21,066 bases of DNA, from the UHGV virus genome UHGV-0139471; one strand, written 5' to 3'. Shown here piece by piece: positions 1 to 6,528 of the stretch; position 1 is the stretch's first letter, and each line of letters opens with the position of its first letter. The translations under genes and the position numbers were made by a program. Below the pieces are notes generated by a model. The model searched no databases, had not been told where the DNA came from, and worked only from the letters and a program-made list of their open reading frames with translations. The stretch comes from a virus.

Positions 1-215
1 GCAAACCCAACAGCTTTCCCGCCTGTCGCAGCCAAGGGGTCAACATCAAAAACGTTTTCACAATAATGAAGCGTCTCAGGATGGTTAGTTCGGTGCATGG
101 CCACTGCGTTTTCGTCATGGTTTATCGCAATATCAACGCTACGACCGATCGCCATTTCTATCCCAGTTGATGCACCGCCACCGCCCGCAAAGTTGTCTAC
201 GATGAGCTCACGCAT
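1..215 (-). CDS. DNA (cytosine-5)-methyltransferase, N-terminal part (gene runs off the window start)
   Basis: Reverse-strand translation from ATG at 215..213 gives MRELIVDNFAGGGGASTGIEMAIGRSVDIAINHDENAVAMHRTNHPETLHYCENVFDV...; FxGxGG AdoMet-binding motif I and a following N-HP segment are typical of C5-MTases. Not in the ORF track because it is truncated. Start lies 2 nt past the upstream gene stop (210..208). Confidence 0.6.
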   Translation of the reverse strand, partial: MRELIVDNFAGGGGASTGIEMAIGRSVDIAINHDENAVAMHRTNHPETLHYCENVFDVDPLAATGGKAVGF

Positions 216-1161
216 GAGCGGTCCCCCTCATGCTGCCGACAAGACCACCAGCAACGGTAATGATTTCGCTGGTGGGCACCCGCTCCAGCCACAACTGGTT
301 AATGTGGGCCTTCAGCTTGTTCTGCTGTGAGAATTCCAGATCCTCTGCGCCTTGTAACTGTTCAAAGACGAGACCAACTTCCAGTGGCCAGATCCGGGAT
401 TCAGCCTCAGCTAGTGATGCAACAGCATCGGGGATGATCACTTCAGGAGACTGAACTGGCGAAGCTGGTGACAGGAATTTTCCCGCAGCAAACTCAGCCA
501 AAGCCATACTTGCGCGCCCTTTCGCCTCAAGCTCTATACGATCGATATAGCTAAAGCGCTCCCCACACCATGTCTTATCAAATATCACGATAGCGCCAGC
601 AAAGAAGGCGCTGGTGGGCTTCTGCTTTTCGTCGGCCGGCACAAACCACGTTGGGAGATCGAATCCAATACGACCACGAATAAACATGATGTGATCGGCA
701 TATTCCGGCCACCATGTTTCACTTGTTGCTGACTTCACGAGGTAAATGTAACGACCACCCTTTTCACGCTGCTCGGCGGTATAGTTCATAATATGAGTCA
801 TGCCAGTGATGGCTTGTTTTTCATGGTACTGCGAGCGGCTGTACGGCGGATTAGCAAAGGCCGCTCCTCCGAGTTCTACCAGACGACCAGACCAGTCCTG
901 CGTCAGCGCATTATCTTCAGCGGTATACCATGCCGGGCATTTTGTATTGCTGTCGTCTGCAAACAGGTCCAGCACCAGCGGGCCAAACAAAGCGTTAACG
1001 CCCCAGAACAGCAGATCAGGGGTACGCCATTGATCCCCGACTTCTTTCAAATAATGCGAACTTCGCTGGCGCTGTTCCTCAAGTGCCAGGCAATAAGGGC
1101 TGACGCTTTTTGTTAAATTTTGCTCTTCTGCGGTCATAGCTTCTTGTACTTCCTGACTCAT
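208..1161 (-). CDS. DNA N6-adenine methyltransferase (phage Dam-like) with about 100 aa C-terminal extension
   Basis: 317 aa ORF; catalytic NPPY motif (FANPPYS); N-terminal WRTPDLLFWGVNALFGPLVLDLFADDSNTKCPAWYTAEDNALTQDWSG matches my recollection of phage Dam-family MTases; GGGGAAA Shine-Dalgarno 5 nt upstream of ATG. Confidence 0.8.
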   Translation of the reverse strand: MSQEVQEAMTAEEQNLTKSVSPYCLALEEQRQRSSHYLKEVGDQWRTPDLLFWGVNALFGPLVLDLFADDSNTKCPAWYTAEDNALTQDWSGRLVELGGAAFANPPYSRSQYHEKQAITGMTHIMNYTAEQREKGGRYIYLVKSATSETWWPEYADHIMFIRGRIGFDLPTWFVPADEKQKPTSAFFAGAIVIFDKTWCGERFSYIDRIELEAKGRASMALAEFAAGKFLSPASPVQSPEVIIPDAVASLAEAESRIWPLEVGLVFEQLQGAEDLEFSQQNKLKAHINQLWLERVPTSEIITVAGGLVGSMRGTAHA

Positions 1162-1352
1162 AGTTTTCCCCTGCGCTGATCAGCATTAACAAGTGCTCTC
1201 AGTAACCAGTAACGGCGATCAAAGCTGAAAAGGTCATTTCTGAGGAGTGCATATTTTCTGCGAAAAATAACGTCGTGCTGCCACCAGTAACGCCAGTGAT
1301 GCAAACGCACAAGGCGCCGGAGACTTATCAAAATCCTCTTCAATCGGAGCAC
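1158..1352 (-). CDS. hypothetical small basic protein (64 aa, Arg/Trp-rich)
   Basis: GTG start at 1352 preceded by GGAGG at 6 nt spacing; stop TGA overlaps the ATG of the Dam-like gene (ATGA coupling). Composition is unusual, so coding status is uncertain. Confidence 0.3.
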   Translation of the reverse strand: MLRLKRILISLRRLVRLHHWRYWWQHDVIFRRKYALLRNDLFSFDRRYWLLRALVNADQRRGKL

Positions 1353-1798
1353 AAGTCACCTCCGCAGTAATTTCCGGCCAGATAGCATGACCCGGCGGAA
1401 TCATTCATGTTTCTGGCGTTTCGAACAGAAGCATTCTTAAGACGCAGGTATCGCTCTCTTGCTTTAGCCGTACAGTTGCTGTCACAAAGTTGCTGCCATA
1501 CCGTCGCCGCACGGCGGTAATAGCGTTTCTCTTCCAGCTTTTTGGCTGTCGCTTCAAGGGCAAGAATCTCCCCCGAAAGCCCACCAGGCAGGTACTCTTC
1601 AATATCGATGGATCCCGCTACGAAGTAGATAAACCCACCAGTAACTTCAACGCTGGCAAGTTCCCCGTCGTAGTAAAGGCGATGAACAGCGCTCTTCACT
1701 GTTACCGGTTTGGTTCCAGGAAATGCCGCAGTGATATCGCGCAGCATTTTGCCGGGATTCTTCTCAATAAATTCAAAGATCGACTTGGCTATGTTCAT
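1340..1798 (-). CDS. putative DNA-binding regulator (winged-helix-like N-terminus, PerC/ANR-like C-terminal segment)
   Basis: 152 aa ORF; ATG overlaps the stop of the upstream replication gene (ATGA); C-terminal KRYYRRAATVWQQL resembles the RRAA..W signature I associate with PerC-like prophage regulators. Functional call is tentative. Confidence 0.5.
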   Translation of the reverse strand: MNIAKSIFEFIEKNPGKMLRDITAAFPGTKPVTVKSAVHRLYYDGELASVEVTGGFIYFVAGSIDIEEYLPGGLSGEILALEATAKKLEEKRYYRRAATVWQQLCDSNCTAKARERYLRLKNASVRNARNMNDSAGSCYLAGNYCGGDLCSD

Positions 1799-2706
1799 CC
1801 CCGGAACCCCCGTGGAATCGTGGTTTGTACTGGACTAATTGAATTAACATCCCGCGGTCTGGTTTTGTCCCACGACTCCCTTGGCGGGCGGCCTTTAGCA
1901 TCCCAACGGATAGCGCTTTGCAGATATCCCTCGAATTTTTTAGGGCCGAAAAGTGTCTCGGGTCGCATGTACTGGTATTGCTCGTCGTTGCCATGCCAGT
2001 GCTCATGCTTGACGTCAATTACCAGTTTCAAGTCGCTAACGGTATGACCTTCGCGGAGGCGGGCGCGAATGTTCTCCAGCGAGGTCTTAGATTTCTGGTA
2101 ACGGGAACCGCTGACCAGATTCAGGTGTGCCAGAACTTCGATCGCGTTATCGGTAATAACAACTTCAGGATCCGGCTTATCGTCGGGTTCCGCAGGAGCC
2201 CGACAAGAAGGTTTTTTAGATGACGGATCTAATGACGGATCTAATGACGGATCGCCTTCAACCATTGAGGGGTCCTCCCGCAATATTTGAGGGGGTACAG
2301 ACCCATTATTTGAGGCATCAGAATTTGACCCCTCAAATTTTGAACCCTCAAATTCTGAGGCATCAAATTTTGATTGTTCACGTGGCGTTGCGTAGAAAAT
2401 TTTTGCTTCAGCTGCTGCACGTTCCAGCATGTCAACATTGAGTTTATAAACGTTCGAATTATTCTTTCCGCCCACGCGCCGTTCCTGCTTCTTCAGCCAG
2501 CCTTTAGCCTGAAGCTTTTTGATAGCGCTGCGGACAGTATTCTCGCTCTTGGCGCCGATCTGTCGCTGAATAGTGGTTACCGCTGGCCATGACACACCTT
2601 CGTCATTACTGAAATCTGCCAGGCGAGCCATGACCGCTATTTCTGAGATTATCAGCCCTTTGAAAGCGCATGCTTCCCATACGAGGCCGTGTAATTTACT
2701 GCTCAT
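1795..2706 (-). CDS. replication initiation protein (N-terminal HTH domain, conserved phage C-terminal domain, repeat-rich linker)
   Basis: 303 aa; GAGGG Shine-Dalgarno 6 nt upstream; N-terminal HTH-like segment (VSWPAVTTIQRQIGAKSENTVRSAIKKLQAKGWL); position downstream of cro/cII as in lambdoid O genes; iteron-like repeats lie inside its linker-coding region. Confidence 0.7.
   Translation of the reverse strand: MSSKLHGLVWEACAFKGLIISEIAVMARLADFSNDEGVSWPAVTTIQRQIGAKSENTVRSAIKKLQAKGWLKKQERRVGGKNNSNVYKLNVDMLERAAAEAKIFYATPREQSKFDASEFEGSKFEGSNSDASNNGSVPPQILREDPSMVEGDPSLDPSLDPSSKKPSCRAPAEPDDKPDPEVVITDNAIEVLAHLNLVSGSRYQKSKTSLENIRARLREGHTVSDLKLVIDVKHEHWHGNDEQYQYMRPETLFGPKKFEGYLQSAIRWDAKGRPPRESWDKTRPRDVNSISPVQTTIPRGFRG
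2221..2254. repeat. 12-bp in-frame tandem repeat (tgacggatctaa, 2 full copies plus a partial) inside the replication gene
   Basis: Direct reading: tgacggatctaa tgacggatctaa tgacggatcg; encodes DPSLDPSLDPSS in the initiator linker. Confidence 0.7.
2284..2371. repeat. iteron-like direct and inverted repeats; candidate replication origin embedded in the initiator gene
   Basis: Core TTTGAGG(G) / CCCTCAAA occurs in both orientations (tatttgaggggg 2284-2295; tttgaggcatca 2309-2320; cccctcaaatt 2329-2339; ccctcaaatt about 2345-2354; gaggcatcaaatttt 2357-2371). Arrangement is analogous to lambda ori inside gene O. Confidence 0.5.
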
Positions 2707-2875
2707 GGCTGCCCTCTACTTCCCTGAACTTGCGTTGAAACTGATCGAGTGGGCTAAAGCACTCGTGGGAATAGCCTTCCCGCAGGTAGATGACGCGACG
2801 TGTCTCAGGCTCCCAGCGGATAACTCTGGCTGGATTGCCATAGTGGTCTTTGAACTTCCGGTTAACTTCTCGCAT
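2696..2875 (-). CDS. hypothetical small protein (59 aa)
   Basis: Below the ORF-track size cutoff. ATG at 2875..2873 with GGAGG about 11 nt upstream; translation MREVNRKFKDHYGNPARVIRWEPETRRVIYLREGYSHECFSPLDQFQRKFREVEGSHEQ looks like a real small charged protein; stop overlaps the replication gene start. Competes with the overlapping 2716..3063 ORF. Confidence 0.35.
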   Translation of the reverse strand: MREVNRKFKDHYGNPARVIRWEPETRRVIYLREGYSHECFSPLDQFQRKFREVEGSHEQ

Positions 2876-3047
2876 AACGCTTTTGCCCTCCGGTTAAAGA
2901 CCCCCACAACTCCGCGTGCCCGACTGTGGTTACACTTGACCCATTTACCGCATACCATGCGCTCATACCGAAACGACGAAACGCCCGGGATCGGGTACAT
3001 CCGTAGTTGCGGTAATTGAAGATTTACGATTAAATTGCTCATGCGGA

Positions 3048-3599
3048 TTATTTCTCCATACACAAAGATTTATTCGCCACGACGCCCGGAGCTGCACACT
3101 CGCGGGCGTCACTATTTTCTGGCAGGCAATAAACACGAGAAATCAGGTTGAGAAACGTCATCAGCGTGACCCTGAACTGGTAGGCGATATCATTCAGACT
3201 TTGCCACTCCCCGTGTGTAACCACCCCATCATCGATATATTCCCGATAGGCGCTGACCAGCTCGCCGAGTTGTCCCACCAGCTCCGCCAGCTTCAAACCA
3301 ATCTCTTCGTTCTCGTCTTCATGAGCTGCGCCAGATACATGGATCCCGTTGTCGGTTTCACGTGAAAAAACATCGGCGATGTAGCTAACACCTGCTGCCT
3401 TCTGCAGGACCATTGCCCAGCCCATAGGGAATATCTGATCTCCACCAGCACGCAGCCGGTTAAAGATCGCGTCCTGGGTGGTATCCAGAATCTCAGCTGC
3501 TTCGATATAGCCACCAGGTAACGCGGCTATTGTTTTACGGATTGCTGCCACCAGCCACGCGGGCTGTTTTTCTACTTTCCAGGTTGGTTCATTACCCAC
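3048..3599 (-). CDS. CII-like lysogeny regulatory protein (phage 186 CII / CP76-type)
   Basis: Track ORF 3048..3686 overlaps cro; a GTG at 3599 preceded by AAGGGG Shine-Dalgarno lies just downstream of the cro stop and gives 183 aa. Segment AAEILDTTQDAIFNRLRAGGDQIFPMGWAMVL resembles the HTH region of 186-type CII as I recall it. Confidence 0.5.
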   Translation of the reverse strand: MGNEPTWKVEKQPAWLVAAIRKTIAALPGGYIEAAEILDTTQDAIFNRLRAGGDQIFPMGWAMVLQKAAGVSYIADVFSRETDNGIHVSGAAHEDENEEIGLKLAELVGQLGELVSAYREYIDDGVVTHGEWQSLNDIAYQFRVTLMTFLNLISRVYCLPENSDARECAAPGVVANKSLCMEK

Positions 3600-3627
3600 G
3601 GTGTACCCCTTATCTCTGTGGTTCCTA

Positions 3628-3837
3628 TCAAACTTTTTGTTCTTTAAGCTTGCTATACAGCTCCGGTTGGAAAACAAGTTTCCCATCGGTGCGGTACGCG
3701 GCTTCAGCAGCCCTCCCTTTTGGGATCAAGCGACCGGGTCTGTTCCGCCACTGATAAACAGCTTCGCTGGATATGCCAAAGAACTCGGCTACCTTCTCAG
3801 CGTTTCCAAAGTACTTTTCAACATCATCGGTGGTCAT
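3628..3837 (-). CDS. Cro-like HTH repressor
   Basis: 69 aa; HTH-like segment VAEFFGISSEAVYQWRN; GGAG Shine-Dalgarno 6 nt upstream; divergent from the cI-like gene across a 100-bp operator region. Confidence 0.7.
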   Translation of the reverse strand: MTTDDVEKYFGNAEKVAEFFGISSEAVYQWRNRPGRLIPKGRAAEAAYRTDGKLVFQPELYSKLKEQKV

Positions 3838-3851
3838 AATGGCTCCTTTAA

Positions 3852-3865
3852 CTAAGTTTGATTAG
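3852..3865. promoter_or_regulatory. operator-like palindrome CTAAGTTTGATTAG (OR-type site overlapping pR)
   Basis: 14-bp CTAAG-N5-TTAG inverted repeat just downstream of the predicted pR -10 element. Confidence 0.5.
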
Positions 3866-3894
3866 ATAATAATTACCAATCTATCTTTGGTCAA
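3866..3894 (-). promoter_or_regulatory. pR-like promoter for cro and the leftward early operon
   Basis: On the minus strand: -35 TTGACC (3894..3889), 17-bp spacer, -10 TATTAT (3871..3866). Confidence 0.5.
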
Positions 3895-3900
3895 TAAAAA

Positions 3901-3914
3901 CTAAGATTGCTTAG
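3901..3914. promoter_or_regulatory. operator-like palindrome CTAAGATTGCTTAG
   Basis: Near-perfect 14-bp inverted repeat (CTAAG-ATTG-CTTAG) 24 bp upstream of the cI-like start. Confidence 0.5.
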
Positions 3915-3937
3915 CTTGATTGACTACTGGTGTGTAA

Positions 3938-4564
3938 ATGGAAACTGTCGGACAACGAATAAAATCGCTTAGGCGAATCACCAGAACCTCACAAAAAGAG
4001 CTTGGGAAGTTTTGTGGGGTCAGTGATGTCGCAGTTGGGTATTGGGAAAAGGACGTAAACGTCCCAGGAGGGGAATCTCTTTCCAAACTAGCAAAATTCT
4101 TCAATACATCAATTGATTACATACTTTTTGGCACTGAGTTTGAGGGAAACTTAATAACTAAGATGCGAAAAGTTCCCGTGATATCGTGGGTGCAAGCAGG
4201 ATTATTCACTGAATCAAAGCCTGAAGATGTCTTGCATGATGCCGAAAAATGGGTGGAAACGTCTCTCCGCATCAGCGATAACTCGTTTGCCCTTGAAGTA
4301 AAGGGAGACTCAATGACAAATCCTAATGGACTGCCCACGATTCCTGAAGGCGCAACGGTCATCGTTGATCCAGACATTGAGCCAATTCATGGAAAGATTG
4401 TAGTTGCACGAATAGATGGGACCAACGAGGCCACGGTCAAAAAACTGGTTGTAGACGGTCCGCAAAAATTTCTTGTCCCGCTAAATCCCCGTTATCCTAA
4501 CATCGCCATCAATGGTAACTGCGTCATTATTGGTGTGGTTAAAGGCGTTCAATACGAGCTCTGA
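3938..4564 (+). CDS. cI-like prophage repressor (HTH plus S24 LexA-like autopeptidase domain)
   Basis: 208 aa; N-terminal HTH (QKELGKFCGVSDVAVGYWE); C-terminal Ser/Lys dyad context (GDSM ... TVKKL) typical of LexA/cI self-cleaving repressors; divergent from cro. Confidence 0.9.
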   Translation: METVGQRIKSLRRITRTSQKELGKFCGVSDVAVGYWEKDVNVPGGESLSKLAKFFNTSIDYILFGTEFEGNLITKMRKVPVISWVQAGLFTESKPEDVLHDAEKWVETSLRISDNSFALEVKGDSMTNPNGLPTIPEGATVIVDPDIEPIHGKIVVARIDGTNEATVKKLVVDGPQKFLVPLNPRYPNIAINGNCVIIGVVKGVQYEL

Positions 4565-4583
4565 TCTAAGCTAATCTCCCTTC

Positions 4584-4616
4584 GACACCAAGCTAAGAAA
4601 AGTTTGGTGTTTTTTC
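4584..4616 (+). terminator. rho-independent terminator-like hairpin after the cI-like gene
   Basis: Stem acaccaa (4585-4591) / ttggtgt (4604-4610), 12-nt loop, followed by TTTTT. Confidence 0.5.
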
Positions 4617-4645
4617 TTGACGACAAAACTAAGTTAAGTTAGATT
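4617..4645 (+). promoter_or_regulatory. pL-like promoter with overlapping operator (CTAAGTTAAGTTAG at 4629-4642)
   Basis: -35 TTGACG (4617-4622), 17-bp spacer, -10 TAGATT (4640-4645); the third CTAAG-N5-TTAG palindrome overlaps spacer and -10. Confidence 0.5.
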
Positions 4646-4749
4646 TTCATCTATCAACAGCGAAGAGGCAGGACGCCCACGAAGTAGCCGCCCGGGGCAT
4701 ATGAAGTCCGGGATGATTCGCTGACAGATAAACCAAATAGGAACAGATC

Positions 4750-4983
4750 ATGGCAAGCAAAGGCATTGAAAACCTTATCAAGGACGCATTAGCAAACGGC
4801 TGTCATGTAGTCCGTAAAGCGCATCGCTTCGAGGTAAGCAAGAAAGGCCAAAAATCAATCACTCTTATTATTTGTGAAGATGGCACAGCTTACCGGGGAG
4901 ATATTGACCTAACGATCGCCATAGCCATTCGCACTCAAAAAGAAATGCGCAGCATCCTCGGCCTGCCGGCCAAGGCAAGTTAA
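4750..4983 (+). CDS. hypothetical protein (77 aa); weak HicA-toxin-like resemblance
   Basis: AGGAAC Shine-Dalgarno 7 nt upstream; occupies the first position of the pL-side operon. Segment NGCHVVRKAHRFEV and C-terminal RSILGLP loosely resemble HicA (G-W-x-x-R-x-x-GSH ... ILKQAGL), but the GSH motif is not conserved. Confidence 0.5.
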   Translation: MASKGIENLIKDALANGCHVVRKAHRFEVSKKGQKSITLIICEDGTAYRGDIDLTIAIAIRTQKEMRSILGLPAKAS

Positions 4984-6100
4984 TTACCACAGGTATCTTC
5001 GGGAGGGGTTGCGAAGCTGGATTGACCACCAGCAACAGAAACTCACCCGACATACAGCAGCCGTTTAACCCACGGCGTCGGGGGTCCAGTAGACCTGGAT
5101 TAATACTGTAGGGGTTGTGCCGGTTGGTCGCCGGCGCCCCGCCCGAAGATACCTGAACGAACATGGCGAAGCCGACAGCGTTGAAGGCGATTTTCTCGGT
5201 TTGCGCGCTAAACAATAGCGGGGGTGAAATCGGGGCGGAGAAGCAGAATCCGCGATGTCGGGACTTGATACTTCCGGCCATACCAACAAGCCGAATGATC
5301 GCGTAACGATCCTTTGCATCTGCCCCGGCGAGGTGGCGCCGCCGGACCGGGGTAGATGAATCGTACACAACATGAAAGCGCATTCCATCTTCATCCGTCG
5401 TGGGGACTGGTTTGTAACTGAAGGAGTGCGCTTCCAGTTGTGAACGGCAATATTCACGACCGTTGTATGGCACATGCAGCGTTAGCAGCCCGGATGGTTC
5501 CCTTGAAGTTCCATGCGCTATCCGGACAACTGGAATGTGCAAGCTAAGTGTTTCAGGCACGACGTGCGCCCCACCAGCGCGGCGAAAAGGTGTGACGCCC
5601 GGGAAGAGTCCGGGACACAACGATGAGGGCATTGACGAGCAAGGCACAGAGTCTGGTTCGATTCCAGACGCCAGGATAGTTCTATATCTGGTGATGGGCA
5701 GGGAAAAGGTCCGTTCGATTCGGACACCGGCAGTGCTCTCTTCGTTGTGGTAATTGCGGCTATGCGCACGTGACGAGCCAAACCCGTTCAATGAATGCGT
5801 TTCCGGGCAGTGTACGTCGCCGGTTATGGCTTAACCCGGCAGGTGGAGGCACCACCGCCACAACCTAGTTAACTGTGCTGTGTGTAGTCTTGGCGGTTAT
5901 CCAGTTTTCCACTATCCAAAGGAGGAAGAGGATAACGTTCTGATGGATAACCGCCCTTTTTACACAATACACAAGAGCATCACCGGGCGACGGGCTCATA
6001 ACCCAATCCACCCGGGCGGCGTCCTAACCGCAGGTGCTCTTCTGTGTTGTGTACGGAGAAATTCCCGGCGGTGGCAGCCGCCTTTCGAGAGGGTAAAACC

Positions 6101-6472
6101 ATGAGTAATGATCGCATGACAGTCGTGCCCGATTTCCTGGGCGAACTGGACGCCGGCGTATTCATGAACAAGATTGCGGCGGCTCTGAATACCACCGCGC
6201 TCGGCGTTCTGAACAACGGCAACAAAGGCAAAGTAGTCCTGACCTTTGATTTTGAGCGTATGGGCAACTCTGTTGAAGAGAAGCGCGTCAAGATTAAGCA
6301 CAAGCTGAACTACAGCACCCCAACTCCCCGCGGCAAAGCGTCGGAAGAGGACACCACCGAAACACCAATGTGGGTCAATAAAGGCGGCAAGCTCACCATC
6401 CTGCAGGAGGATCAAGGGCAACTCTTCGGTATCACCGGCACGGTGGACGGAAAGCTTAAAGCGGCTCAGTGA
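6101..6472 (+). CDS. hypothetical prophage protein (YfdP-like by size and position)
   Basis: ATG at 6101 with GAGAGGG Shine-Dalgarno; 123 aa; first gene of a rightward operon whose next two genes match the YfdQ/YfdR pattern of E. coli CPS-53. Confidence 0.65.
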   Translation: MSNDRMTVVPDFLGELDAGVFMNKIAAALNTTALGVLNNGNKGKVVLTFDFERMGNSVEEKRVKIKHKLNYSTPTPRGKASEEDTTETPMWVNKGGKLTILQEDQGQLFGITGTVDGKLKAAQ

Positions 6473-6528
6473 TCCGCACGCACAAATTCACTGATACCAC
6501 TTCGCTAATCAGTTAATAAGGAATTTTT

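Noticed and set aside
793-1116. Plus-strand ORFs (793..1116, 800..1033) and other plus-strand ORFs at 97..454 and 1490..2441
   Set aside because: They lie antisense within the well-supported methyltransferase and replication genes and have no start-site signals; typical shadow ORFs.
2716-3063. 115-aa minus-strand ORF as a confident CDS
   Set aside because: Low-complexity translation; overlaps the more protein-like 59-aa ORF in another frame. Left as an alternative, not annotated.
5651-5725. Two tRNA genes suggested by TTCGATT T-loop hairpins
   Set aside because: No complementary 5' acceptor strand, D-arm or anticodon arm can be placed at the appropriate distance upstream of either T-arm, and there is no CCA end. 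They are T-arm-like hairpins, not tRNA genes.
4868-5791. 307-aa minus-strand ORF spanning the G+C-rich segment
   Set aside because: Translation is low-complexity (Ser/Pro/Arg/Gly/His-rich) with no recognisable motif, begins at a TTG, lacks an evident Shine-Dalgarno and runs antisense into the 4750-4983 gene. Long spurious frames are expected in G+C-rich structured DNA. Kept only as a caveat in the finding for this region.
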